From NCBI RefSeq assembly GCF_001949145.1, contig NW_019091360.1:2788864-2852863 (forward strand): DNA of 64,000 nt, given 5' to 3'. Positions 37,495 to 51,600 of the stretch are shown piece by piece (positions within the stretch are counted from its first letter, which is position 1; the number at the start of each line of letters is the position of its first letter). A model generated the notes under the pieces. The model made no database searches. It was not told the DNA's origin and worked only from the letters and a program-made list of their open reading frames with translations. Origin of the DNA: Acanthaster planci (lineage: Eukaryota). Both the position numbers and the translations under genes were made by a program.

Positions 37495-38582
37495 TTCAGC
37501 TAGTGCCAAGACAACAGAGGGCGCTGTATCAGACACGTTCAGAAGTGATGAGATTTGATCAAACTAGTAGTTAACTCATAGTTAATGTGTTACAGATGGT
37601 GGTTGATTTTATAAGATTTAGTTTGATTTGAAGATGTAAAATGAAGTTATTTTTTGTTGAAGTAGGGTTTTCAAATCTTTGTTGCATCGCCATGTCCTGC
37701 CTTTGCCAGTTTAGTACCCCATTTTACTCTGGAGTTTTTACTTGAAAAACCCCAAATTTTCCATAAAATGCCAACCGACATACAGTTGACCCAAAGATTG
37801 AAAAATCTTCATTTAATTTGAACACTGTAGACCAGCAAGTGGTTTCAGGGTCAGAGATGAAGTTGAGATAACTAAAGTTGATTATGTCAGTCCTTTTCAT
37901 GAAATCTGGGGGACAGGCTGTCTGCTCAATGTGGTTGAAGCAACCGTTGGTAACCAGGGATCCCACCAGCTGTCATAAGCTGGTCTCCACTTTCCAATTA
38001 GTTCTAACTTTGTTGACTAATACATGTTCAAAAAACTTAAAGCAGTTAGATGGGAAACTGTAGATCTCCATGGACGATGATCGAGCCAAATAAAAGTACG
38101 AGGGGGGATCTAAAGACACAAGTTCAGTTTGGTTTTGCTAAGCCTCTGCTAATAGGCACTTCCAGGTCATTCTATATGTACCTTGAATGGCCATCATAAA
38201 ATTAGTACTGAGGCATAAGACAATCGGGCTTAATTTCAGAGTGCTGCTTAACAGCAAGAGGGTGTTTAAGCCTAAAGGGACTAGTTGCTGAAGTCACTAG
38301 CATAATCAAAGAAGTTCGGTGTAGTGTGTAGTCATATCCACATCATAAAATATCGCTTAGCAGCAATATGAGTTGATGTTGCAGTAAGCCCAAGTTTGGT
38401 TGTTTCATGAAAACTACTGTAGGCTGGTAGGTGGTTACATCACACGAATACAAACATGTAAATGAAAAGATGGAGGACACATGCATCAATGCACACCGCA
38501 TCCATATTTATGAACATAAATGGTAACACTTTCGACGTCTCTCTCCCCATCAACAACGCTGGCATTGAAAACAAGAATACAA

Positions 38583-38678
38583 TTAAACCTTGTTCTCCTC
38601 TTGACGGCTTGACAGTTAAACCTCGTTCTCCTCTTGACAGCTTGACAGTTAAACCTCGTTCTTCTCTTGACGGCTTGA
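38583..38678. repeat. 33-bp tandem repeat, 3 copies
   Basis: TTAAACCTCGTTCTCCTCTTGACGGCTTGACAG units. Confidence 0.9.
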
Positions 38679-38769
38679 ATTGAAGTAAAAAAAGGTCCTT
38701 TCAGATCCTTTGGGGCAGATAACATTGTTCAAGTCTAAGTAGTGATAATCGTTGTTATGCCTATCTATG

Positions 38770-40100
38770 TCTAAAATTTACCCAGGAGTATGTGGATTGA
38801 AATAATTTTGTACACAGATGTATTTGCTTTACAAAAATTCTGGATCTGTCTCTAGATACATTTGTTGTTTTTATGACTGAGTATTAAGCCAAGATGTTTT
38901 GCTATAAACATTACCAAATGAAGTTAAATGTCCAGTTTTTAGGAATCGGTGTCATAATAATTGCAAGATATTACTGAGAAGCTTTGTAAAGGCTTGGTGT
39001 TCAAAAAGCACACCGCAACATTATTGAAAAAGAATTTGAGCTTGTTCAAGTCTGAGTAATGAATGCAGGTTCAGTTTCCACATTATGAGTCGTCATCCAC
39101 TTTTGTGTCCACACGGAATATTTCCTAAAAGTAACTAGCAGGATATATGCATGTATTAGTGGAATCAGCTGTGTAGATCACTCGTAGAGTGGACAGTTTT
39201 GTCTGGAGCAAGACTAATTAAGCTGAGCTTTTGTACTCAAAAGGGGAGGAAGTTTGTCCTTCAAGTCATGTGAACTCATTACAAGATGTTGTCATACTCA
39301 GTTAAAAGCATAAAAAATTATGTAGGAGTTTGAAAATCTGCATAATGCTGGAATTGTTGTTATGGTTATTGATTGCTAGAATGTACTTTCAAGTGTGTGG
39401 ATTGAAAAAATTTGTACACATACATAATTGTTTTATTGTAGCAAAAAAATATGCATCCACCTCTGGATACAGTTGTTTTATAACTGAAATTGAGCCAAGA
39501 TGTTCTGCTCTGAATATTACCAAATGTTAAGGTGTCTAATTTCAAAACTTAGTGTCATGTTGATTGAAGGTATTATTAAAAAACTTTTGAAAGTTTTGGT
39601 GTGTAAAAACTACACTGCAGTGATATTGAGAAAAATAGCTTGTCAAAAACAGAAGAATCAGTGAAGGTTCAGTCTGAAAATTACTGGTTATCATCCACTT
39701 TTCATCCTCGAGTACTATTGCTTTAAAGCAACCAACAGGTTATATGAAAAATATCTGAAACTATTTGTGTAGATCACCCATTAGGTGGACAACTTTGTCA
39801 GGAGCAACACAAGGCTCAGCTTTTTTTCTCAAAAGGGAGGAACTGTTTTTGTTTGTGTGTGAACTTGTTACAAGATGTTGTCATACTCAGTCAAAATATA
39901 AAAAATAAACTTGAAGTGTGAAAATCTGCAAAATGCTGGAATTGTTATGGCTGTCGATTGCTTAAATGTACCTTCTCATGGGTGGATTGAAATAAGTTTT
40001 ACAGAGCTATAATTATATAATTCTAGCAAAAAAATTTCGATCTGCCCATAGATACTGTTTTATAAGTGAAATGAGCTAAGATGTTCGTTTATAAATATTA
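38770..40100. repeat. Diverged ~590-600-bp tandem repeat, ~2.3 copies, between the TGM paralogs
   Basis: GTGGATTGAAA at ~38792, 39397 and 39982; CAAGATGTTGTCATACTCAG at 39282 and 39871. Confidence 0.8.
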
Positions 40101-41419
40101 TCGCACAATATCCTTTATGTTTTGTGTTGGTTAAATTCAATTTTTGTTTGTTGCTATTTTTTAGCCTTTTTAAAGATTGTTTTACCAAGAATTGTTAACT
40201 TGATTTTTTTTTATTTTCTAGTGAAAATTTCTTTGTCGATGAAAATATTCCCAAATGTTTGACAGTATTACTATTTTGCAGTGTTAACCTCAAAACAGCA
40301 GGTTTTTCAACCATCTTACAGCTGGGGAGGGATAGATTCCACCCCAAGAACTCAGCTGTCCCACGGTCATTCCCATCTTTTTCAAAGCTGGCTTGCACAT
40401 TAAGACACTCATTCTCAGTATGAATGTGAAGCTTTCAAGTCAGTCCAAGTTGTGGTCTTGTAAGACAGTCCACAAAAATTGACATCATGTGATGCTATCC
40501 TGTGATGTTTTTTCTTGATCCTTAAATTTTTGTAGAAATTCCTCAGACTTTGTAGGCTGTGAGTTGACATGTTTGGAACACATATCGGAAGTGTACTTTT
40601 TTTCTTTCTTTGTAAATGTTAGAAAGCCCTGTGTCCTGTTTTGGGTTAAACATGGACCTTTATTCTGTGTCAATTTTTTGGTTGTCTCTGCTGAAACTGA
40701 TACGGCAATGCACCCTTTCCTTTAGCACCAAACAATTTTACTTGGTATGTTTCCGAACTTGCATGCATTGGAAAACTGCAGTCGGCATACCAACTTATCA
40801 ACAGGCATAAACAGCAGATTACTTCAGCCTCAGTGTAAAGTTGAGACATGATCTAATTTTAGTGAATTATTAGAGGCCACAGCATCTGTCCTCCCAAATC
40901 CTTTGATGGGGTAAAGTGATAGTGTGTACCAAATATTCACATACCTTAATTGGCTGTTATCGCTGACTCAAGTAACGAATACAAGCTCATTGAAATGAGT
41001 GCACAAACTGTTATGCCAACTCGGTCATACATGTACGTAGGTGTGCAACTTGGGCTGATTATACCCTATTGATAATCAAGTCAGGGTTCCTGAATAGAGA
41101 TTTCAAGGACAACAGCTTAGCCACTGGCCTAGTGGATCAGTCGTCTTGACAACTCCAAACAGTTCTCTTTGTACCTGATTTTGCCCCATCCCACGCACAA
41201 TCAATTCCCAAAACAAGCACTGACGGCTGTGCTGTCCTTGTTCACTAAGGGCTGACAGTAATCTCGCAAAGTAAACCTTGAATCGAGGCCAGCCAGCTTT
41301 TGTTGGGGACAAGTACATGTAAATCGTGTTGGTGACTATGCTGTTAATTGACTATACTGTTGTCAAGGTTAACATCTGTCCATTTAGAGAAATCGGTAAT
41401 GGCAATGCATCATGGCTTT

Positions 41420-41630
41420 GATCGCTATTCAACTTGTAGTCACTTGTGCTAGTAACGAAGGTGGTTTGTTGATAGTAACGAGTTAGGCTTCATAAGCAGT
41501 ATGCACCTGTGATTTTGCAGCTCTGGCAAGTGAGGTTACATGTATTTGATAGAACCATCCCTTCACCATTTTGGCCTGGCAGAATCTGATCCTGTTTTGC
41601 TCTGAATATCAACTTATATCTACAAAAGAG
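41420..41630 (+). promoter_or_regulatory. Putative core promoter and non-coding exon of TGM-B
   Basis: GTTGATAGTAAC..GTTAGGCTTCATAAG block and donor ACAAAAGAG|GTAAGT at 41631, homologous to 27290-27531. Confidence 0.5.
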
Positions 41631-41789
41631 GTAAGTTGTTCATGTGTTGTGACATTGCTACATGTAAAAGTATTTTTAATTTTAACTTGTAGCACTTGGA
41701 ATTTCTTTATTAGCACTTGCTAAAAACTGTTGCTAGACAACGAAGCCTTTACAGAAGATAAGCTGGTTTTTACCCTCCGTGTACATATA

Positions 41790-41965
41790 TTTATGAGCAC
41801 TGTATACTCAGTTTTGTCTGAGGGATTATGAAAAATTTCCACATGTACCGGGGATGGGACTTGAACTCAACCTCCTACTTGCAAGTACAGAGGTCTTACC
41901 ACTTGTCCACTGAGGTCACCAAGGTCAGCTGGCTGGTTTGAGGCAGATGAGCAGTGAGTGGGTAT
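41790..41965 (-). mobile_element. Degenerate copy of the same tRNA-derived SINE in the first intron of TGM-B
   Basis: CACTGTATACTCAG...GGGACTTGAAC...GTCAGCTGGCTGGTTTGAG matches 1700-1860. Confidence 0.65.
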
Positions 41966-42256
41966 TTCACCAAACTTTAAGAGGCAATATTTGAAGACTT
42001 CTTGCGAATTTGAATGTGAATTTGTATTGTTCATTGAAGCTTCAGCTTGAGAGGGAAACTACATGATCTAAATTCTTTTCAGAACTCACTCAAAAAAAAG
42101 AGATATATCCATATGGTGCTACCACAAACCTATCTAGTTTACTTGTTACCTCCACCATGAAAAGCTTCAAATCTCATCTAAAGGAAATGTCTTTAAATGT
42201 TTATATTATGACCTAGCACTTTTGTAAATTTCTTATGATTCAATTTGTGAATAGAG

Positions 42257-42638
42257 ATGGGGACTGCATCAAGCAGACGGGCTGCAGGGAGTACTGGTCC
42301 TTCCTCAGATGTTGTTTGGATTGGCCCAAGAAATTATGTGACCAGAATGGAGCCAAGACGCTACCATTTCTTTGATGGTGATGAGGCTCGTCGGCCCTCC
42401 CGTATTAACCCAGCCCTGGAGGAGAGGCGGACCCCAACACCGCCTCCCACCGATGCCCAGCTGAAGGTTGAGAACTGCAACTTGCAGCCAGCAAGCAACA
42501 AGTTCTTGCACTACACTGCTGAGCTGGACGAAGTGGATTGGTTAGTTGTCAGGCGAGGACAACCATTCCAGCTTGACCTGACCCTGAACCGCCCATATGA
42601 CAAGAGCACCGATGATATCAAATTTGACTTTCAGACAG
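42257..42638 (+). CDS. TGM: TGM-B coding exon 1
   Basis: MGTASSRR...[11 protein letters not shown]...DFQT G|GTATGC. Confidence 0.9.
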
Positions 42639-45600
42639 GTATGCAAAAATTAAACAATGTTTTAACATTGTTAACCTTAATCTTGGCATTAAAAGACTCA
42701 GTGTCTTGTTTGTTATGCTTTTAGGAAGAACAATTTGATTCTATGTAGAAATCTGTATATCTTCAAGTTGACATATCATAACTTTCTTCCTTTTGTGCAA
42801 AGCATTGGAAATAGCACTTCCTTATTTTCATCTCTCAAGTTGTGAGTTAGGATGCCTTTGACATTGTATTACAGCTAAAGTTGATGATGTACATTCGCGC
42901 CCAACAAAAGTCAGGGGTAATTTTGCATATTCCTGCAATCTATCCGTGACATTTTACCCGTCATCAAAATTTATCATTGTACATTTCCCCCATTGCGGCA
43001 GGAAGCACCAAGAATTTCCAGAAGGGAACACAGGTGCTGGTGTCTATTCGGGATCCACGCCCATCTTTAGCTGGAGGATGGAAGGCAGAAATCAAAGAGG
43101 AGAAGGAGAACACGCTGACGGTGTCCGTCACTGCATCTGCCAGTGCTCTAGTAGGAAAATACCACCTCACTGTGCGGACCACTGTCAAATCAGGTGAGGA
43201 AGAATTGAATTCTTCAGAAACCTTGGAGCAAACTCCTTTGGTCACTGCCAAAAAACCTTCAGGAAATTACAACACTGTGTCAATTTTTTCTGACTTGTGA
43301 AAATTGTAGGGGACTTAACACAGCTTTTCTCTTGGGTACATCGGGGAATCTGCCGGTATAACTCAAGCCCCTCCCCTCCCTCTTTAATTTGAAATTTTGA
43401 AATGTACACAGCCTATGCACTAGCCACAGTTAATTCAGTGCCCCCTTGAAAAAATGGATGCATCTGTGAGTGTCCCCCCCTGTTACACCACTCGGTGACT
43501 CAAACATTAGACGTTTCATTCTGTCCTCTTAATTATCTGTTGAAGCAGAGGACTCCAACCAACCCCAGAATCACTCATTCAAGGAACATCGTCCGATCTG
43601 TCTCCTCTTTAATGCCTGGTGTGAGGAGGATCAAGTCTACCTGGACAAGGAGGAGGAACGGAAGGAGTATGTGTTGAATGAGAGGGGTTACATCTGGTAC
43701 GGCAACTCAAGACAGCTGGGCAAGAGACCCTGGGGTTTCGACCAGTTTGAAAAGGGTGTCTTTGACGCGGTCATGTACCTACTAGAAACTCATGTAAGTG
43801 TCAAGGGTAGACCCAGTGAGTGGTTCAGAATTCTGTGGTGGGAAAAGAGTCAGGGCTGAGATGGGTACACTTTTAACCAAATACCTGATGGAAAGTTATG
43901 GGCACAGGATTCTTTTATTTTATTACCCAAATCTCTGCCAAAGATTTTGTTGCACAATTACTGAAAACTTGTTTTGCATTCCAAAAATACACTTGACTCC
44001 GCCTTATTACTGATTATTGTAAAAATAAACAATTTCTGATGAAACTTGATCATTGTTCTTAATGAAATGTAGTGTGTATAGAATTTGTGTTAATTCAACT
44101 AACATTTTGAATAAAGATATGGGAATTTAATTAGTAATCAATAAGAGTGGGATTGTTTGCTTTTTATGAAAGGTTGATCAGTATGAACGTGGAAGTTCTG
44201 TCCTGGTCTCTCGTTCCATGTCAGCTGCTGTGAATTCCCAGGATGATAATGGAGTCTTGAGTGGACGTTGGGATGGCAACTACAAGCCTCATGCTAGTCC
44301 ATCCTCGTGGTCAGGCAGCCAGCATATTCTTGAGGTTATATATAAATATGACATGGTTTTAGGGTGGATTGTCAATTATAGCTCCCTGAGGTATTAGATG
44401 TTGACAAACTAGGGGTATGTATTCATCAAGCACCATTTTTCTGAAAGTTTTGCTGGATACATTAGTTGAACTCAATTTTGTGTAACCTTTCTGCTAGAAC
44501 GATGTCTGAATGCTCTCAAAGTATTATTATATATATTACTATTATTATAGTATACTTATTATTATATGTAGTATAGTATTATTACTATATATATTATCTA
44601 TTGCCTCTAAAAATGATGAGGGCGGGTGTAGCACTAAACTGGAACGATTTTAAAATTTAGTACGGTGTCTGAATGTTTTTATCTATAATGCTTTCAGCTT
44701 TAGCAAGTGCAGTTGAGCAGACGTTCCAAGTTACCCTGAGAAACAGAGTAAAATCATATTGAGTTGAACTCCATTTTAAGTTTGTGACCACCGTGAAGTG
44801 ATGAGCAACCTTTTAAAGTTTCACAGATGTAGCTAAAACTTTTTCTGAACACAACTGAGGCAAAGAAGTTTGTCATTTTCCAATCCTACGAGAAGCTACA
44901 ATTGACTATCCACCAGAAATAAACCATACACCACGTACATATTTATTTTCCATTACAATTTCAGAGCCTAAACCTCATTGCCCTGAAAAATGGGCATTTG
45001 AGGCTGCAACCCTTCAAATATTGGTCATTCCAATACTGTCCACCTTCTATATGGAAGGTTTGACAACTATAAATACTACCCAGACAATATCACCACCACT
45101 TTTTTCTGAAGGAAACAGACCCCTCGATATAAATGTTATTTTCTCAGTGGACCACTCATCCAGTTGGTTTGTTGACAAGTTCATCTTTTCATAGTTTCAA
45201 CCTTATCTTAAACTATACAGGAGCACTTCAAGACCAAAAGTCCAGTTCGTTATGGCCAGTGCTGGGTGTTCTCTGGTGTCCTCACCACCGTGCTTCGATG
45301 TCTTGGCATTCCCGCCAGGAGTGTCACCAACTTTGCATCTGCCCATGACACCGACAACAGTCTGACCATTGTAAGTTTTGACTTTGGCTCCCTCTGTTGT
45401 AAGCTTTTGAGTTGGACAACTCTAACAACCCAGTTAAGTGACCTTTAAAGGGTATATCGAATATAAGTTTGAAATAACTATATGCCTATTTTAGAAATTG
45501 ACTTTTGTCACTCTCCATGGGCTATATTGCTCACTTTAGCACTTTTTATGAAATTTTAAAACCCCTGAAAATGCACCCTTGTGTCCCATTTAAAACTTTT

Positions 45601-48600
45601 TTAAAACAATAGTTGATTTTATAGTTTAAAGGTTTTTACTTTATTTTTACCCCACTAACTTCAGAGTTTTAGAACATATCACTTTCCCCCACAGAAACAT
45701 GTCTTGCTAATTACCAAAAGATTAGGGGAACTGTTGACATGTGGAATTATTGTGTTATTTTCAGGAAAGCAAATGGCATACATACACAGAAGTAACACTC
45801 TTACTACGAAGAAATAGCTTTTGTTTTAATGTGTACACATGTACAGGTTTTCTTCCCATGTAATCTTATTTTATAATCACGTTTCCTCTGAATACTCGTC
45901 ACAGGACAGGTACTATGATGAGAATGGTGAGAGGATGAAACAATACGAGAGTGACTCCATCTGGAATTTCCATGTCTGGAATGAAGCTTGGATGAGCCGG
46001 CCAGATGTCCCACCAGGCTATGGCGGATGGCAAGCCGTTGACGCTACACCCCAAGAAACCAGTGGGGGTAAGAGGAGAATGTGACATGGTTACTAGAAAT
46101 TTACGTTGAAGTTTCATGAAGTTTTAAATGTAAAAGAGCCAACTTTTGGAGGGCCACCTCATGGCTGGAGAAGGGGATCTTCCCCAGAGCTCTGCTGTCC
46201 TTTGCCTGAATTTTTTAGGTGAATTTAGAATTGCGAAAACAAGTCTTTGTGTCTGTCTTTCTTCTTTTGGATAATACTTCTCTGAACTTGTTATAAAATC
46301 ACTGCAGTAAATAAGCAGAAAGACAGTACTCAGCATCATTTTATTCATGGATAGGACTGCGACTTCTTTTCTTTCTGAAGTATATATTTTTTACCAGGAC
46401 TTCAGACAAGTATTACCACAACGTGATCACATGGATCAATGTCATTGAGCAAAGCCTGCCTGAAGAGCCACTCTTTAATTGAATTTAATTCACAGATATC
46501 TACCGTGCTGGTCCGTGCTCCGTTAGTTCCATCAAACAGGGCCAAGTGTACTATCCCTACGACGCAAGATTTGTCTTTGCTGAAGTCAATGGAGACATTG
46601 TTAACTGGCAGGTGTGTCAAGGTCTATCTAACTAGGTGCTGTTTCTGATGACTTTGGCAGTTGTGGTCTTCGATCTTTGTCTTTCTGTTGCAAATCAGTT
46701 TCTACTACGCAGATATTCTTGTCAAAGTTGATAAGCCTTTCAAGATTAAGTATAGTATACATTTTGACTGCTTTGAGTTTGCCTTTGGAAAATAGAATGC
46801 TTTATGGATCACTGAGGGAGGCTAGTTTTATTATACTACTAGATAATAAAGTCAATGTCTCCCACCTCTCCTACAGATTCGGCTTGATTAATTGATGACT
46901 GATTATTTGATCTAAATACATTTATTTGAATGAGAAATTTGTTGAAAATTTACCAGTACTTTTCAAAACCACCTCTTCACAAAATGTTTGAACCAGACTG
47001 CTTAGCACTAGCACTTCAGAATGTGTGCATTGCTCACACTAATACTCATTTCCATGTTGTGCCAGAGGTCATGTTTATCCTTTTTTGGTTGCTACATTCA
47101 TAGATATAGTTCTTTTGGCCGTGCATAGCAAGAGAGTGGAAATAGTGCATGCCATGTGACCAGCTGTCACCCAATCATGATACAGAATCTGTCGGCGAGG
47201 TGTGATAATTCTACCTGTTTACTGCTAATTAAATGTTCTGTCGCTCGAATGATAATGACATACGCACATTCCCACAACTAGAGATGTGGCCAAGCTGTGC
47301 ACTGCTGAATTGCTTTTCTTAGCACAGTGCTCATACACAGGGTTCATTCAAACCCAATTATGGTTTCCCCAAGATCGGCCACCATTGCAGTGGGAACGTA
47401 AGTGGTAAACAACTGTTGGGGGGAGGGGAATGGTTACATCATTTATCCTGTGCTGTGTATGGCAGTTGTTATCTTTTTTTGTCATTGCTTAAAAGGTCTG
47501 TCTACAGCCTAAATAGTGTGAGCAGCACCACAATCTTTGTCTGTGGCAATGGCCGGTATACATTAGGTCACAGGAGTTGTTTGAGGTTACCCTTGGCAAG
47601 AGAAAATCCGTCACAGATTGAAGAATTCATTGTTTTGCTGATTTTGTGGTGTCCTTCCAGGTCAAAAACGACCATGAGTTTGAGGTGATGAGCATCAAAA
47701 AAAGCAGTGTGGGGAAGAACATAAGCACAAAAGCAGTGGGCTCAAGGGACAGACAGGATCTTACACGGGAGTACAAGCACCCTGAAGGTAAGTGTGATTT
47801 TGAAAGGGCCCATGTGATACGATTGTTTTTTTCTGATATCTGTCGTCTATGCAATTTTACATTCTCTTTCTACTTTTTTGTCTGAAAACTATTCGACATC
47901 TTTTGGTGTTAAATATATTGAAAAGTGCACTTTTCAAACATGATATTATACATGCTTTTCCAGACAACTAATGGTGCTGTTGCCATGGTGTCATCAAGGG
48001 AAGACACATTTCAGTACATATTTCTTTCTCTTAAAATTGTGCATCCAAAATTTGCTCATTGAAACATTACAGAGAAAAGGTTGCTAATTGGCTCATCGCC
48101 ATGTACCGTCTCGGCATCACCAAGAAAATATTCGGACAACAAAATATTAAAAATCCAGTAGTTTCTTGTGCACGAATCAATGGAACTTGGAGGCTTTCTC
48201 GATGATGTGACACCATGGTTTTGCCTATCCTATTTGCTTCCAACACCATAAAACCAGAAAAACCTGTAGGCATAGCTGACTAACATGATAATATAATTCA
48301 TTTCAAAGGTTAGTCATAGTTGCAGTGATTTTTTTCTTGTTACAAGTCCATTCATGAGACCACAGGGAACAGGGCAAACAAGGACATAGGAAGTATTTCT
48401 TGTGCAATGGAGACATTGTTAACTGGCAGGTGTGTCAAGGCCTATCTGTCTAGGTGCTGTTTCTGACGACTTTGGCAGTGATTTCACAGACGTTTATAGC
48501 AATTTAAAATATTCTGTTCAGCGCTTGCGTCAGTATGTGTTGCACCCCTGGTTGTTTTTCATTCTCTAAATCTGGTTTAGTAGAATTTATCCTTGTCCAT

Positions 48601-51600
48601 CTACTCTTCAGGCTCTGCAGCGGAAAGAGCTGCCGTCAAAACTGCAGTTTCTTTCGGCACCAGTCCGTGGGTATACGACCATCCTGAGAACACAGAGGAT
48701 GTACATGCTGAGCTTGAATTGCCAGACCTGTGGGTCGGGGCAGATTTTGAAGTCAAAGTCCCTCTAACTAATAGGAGCCAAGAAAACAGATCAGTGTCGA
48801 TCACCGTCATCGTGCAAGTGGTATACTACACTGGTATGATTGCTTTTGTTTCTTATGGGGACACTACCTCAGGCTGTAGTGTTGTGAAGTCTCTCACAAG
48901 TCTTCGCACAAGCCTCTACACAAATCTTGTTACAAGTCCATTCATAAGACCACAGGTAACAGAGTGAACAAGGACATAGGAAGTATTTCTTGTGGCACAG
49001 TTCATTTGAATAGCATGTAACTTGACTGAAGACTGGATGACCAGGGCCTCTGATGGACTTGTTGTGGACTTGTAGGGACTTGTGATAGACTCAACTCAGT
49101 ATATCACTTTTAGGCTGGTGCATCCAAACAAATTGTACTTTTTCTGTCTTTTTCGAGGGATGTGGCTTTATTTTGGGGACTTTCACTGTTTCAGAAGGTT
49201 GGAAGGAAAGATAAAGAAACAGACGCCTCCTAAAATGCCTTAGAATCTTTACTTTTCAATTTTTTTGCTCCTTTTTGTTACAGGGGCATAACCTCTGCCA
49301 TCGGCAAGAAATCAGTGTAGTTAAAGGAAAGTTCAGTAAAAAGTGCAGTAGTTTACTTCCCTACTTGTTTTGGTTCTGTGTTTTGTTCAGGTGTATTGGC
49401 TGCCAAAATCAAGAAGATGGATAAGAAGTTCCAACTTGGACCTGGTCAAAGTGATCAGATAACTATGAGTGTTAATGCTGATGAGTATCTGGACAAGATG
49501 GTGGACCAGTCTGCATTCAAAATCTTCCTCCTCGGCCATGTTGATGTAATGTACCATGTTCTACCCTAGCACATGCAGCATGTCCCTCCGCCCCCCCCCC
49601 AAACAAACAAAACTGCGACCCAAAGGAGACATTTCTTTTCCCCAAAATTAGTCGTCAGAAAATGTTGTTTTGAGTACAAAATTGAAGCTCAGAGTGTGAT
49701 CTTTTCAGAATTAGGGAGTTCATTCAAATCTGATGATGCGTTGCTGAGATAATCTTCATTACATAAGACAATTGCTTTTTTGTCCTGACGTGCAGCATCA
49801 ACTTTTTGGAAATATGTTTTTTTCCGGAAGTGTTTGCACAGTGTGATGCGAATAATTTAAAAACAGTTTTTTGGCCAAAATTTTTAATGTTGATTAAAAT
49901 TAATTTATTTAAACCCAATGCAGTCAAAACTAAACTGGGGGCATGATTACGGATGGTAATTTACAGATTTGAATTCAGTTTTTGAAAGAGAAATATATTT
50001 AAAACACCCCATTGAATTGTACAAAGTATTACTTGTCTTGCATAATTGAAAAAACTCTGCAATGCTTTGTTAACACAATATGAGCTTGAAATGAAATGTC
50101 CAGTATCGGTAGAAAAATATTATAAGTTCTGTCCTGATTCCAAATTAGTGTTTCCTGAGTATTAATTTGTGAGAAGAATGGATATTACATTTGGGTTGCA
50201 TTTTTGCAGATCACGCTGTATATATTCACCCAGCCACTCCACCATAAGTTTTCAAACCTGCCCCTCCCTGTGTTGTAACATATTTATTTTACTTAAAGTC
50301 AAGCAGAGCCAAAAGTTAAGTTGTCCAAGGTGAAATGGGTCATTCCGTGAGGTTAGGGCACACTTTGTGATGGTGTCCTTGTTACATCCAAAACTTTTAC
50401 CACCTATCATGACCTCCAGAGTAGGTCATTTACTATGTAAAAATAACACACACTTCTGCATACAGCCTTGCAAGATGTATAACAATGTCAGTTTGGACTC
50501 CACCTACAGGGAAACAGTTGTTCATTTTTACGGAACCCATGTAACAATGGACACCATCACAAATAAACCTCATGGAATGACCCAAATTGCAAACTTGTGC
50601 CAAGCTACTTGTGCAGCGTTTGTGTGTGTCTTTGATTTGCAAACCCTTTTGTAACTTCACGACTTTATATCAACTTCAAGCTTGGCATGTGGCTTGGTCT
50701 TGGTGTCCGGATTTTTTCTTTATAAGTTAATGTTGTGGTCATTATTGTTAAAACAATTTTTCTGCCAAATTCTGCATGTAGTACTGGGTGATGTCCATAT
50801 TGATCCCCTCAGTTCAGCGATTCTCATGTACACACACAGAAGCAAGAGCTTAGTCCGTGGAGGTAGAGCCCTCAAGTAGCCTTGCACAGTGGCTAGGCAT
50901 TGTAGCAAATATTTCTCTGTGACATTATCTTGGATTTTCCAAAAATAACAATGATTCAGTAAGCATTGTTACACAAATCTTGAAAAAATGACCACCATGG
51001 GTCAAAATTTGTGAAATTCAACTGTGTGAAGGACTGTTGTTGTAGAATCTTTCCCTTTTCAACTTTGACTTTTTCCAAATGACCACCATGGGTGAGCATT
51101 TGTGAAATTCAACTTTGTAAAGGACTGTGGTTGAAGTATCTTGTCCTTTTAAACTTTGACTTTTTTGGTCATAATGAAATCTGCACCTGGTACCATAGTA
51201 CAATTAAAACCATCAGAAAGTGGTTAACAGAAAGAACAAACCTCAAAACTAATATGAAAAAAAACAAAATAAACACGCAAAAAGAAAGAAAATTTAATGT
51301 CTTCTAAATTGGCTTCCCACCAGGAGACTGGCCAGGCCTTTGTAGAAGAGGAAGACTTCCGTCTGCGTACCCCTGACCTTGACGTCAAGCTGTTGCGCCC
51401 GGCGGCCAATGACGTGCGTGTCGGCGAGCCAGTTGAAGTAGAGCTGAATCTATCCAATCCCCTGAAGAAGAATCTGACGAACTGTGAGGTCACCGTGGAA
51501 GGGGCAGGATTGTTGCCTCCCCGTGTCATGAAGCAGAAGTGAGTACCCAGATTTAGAGGTTTCCTCCTGATCATTATTAGGCCTCGCTCTTTAAATATTA

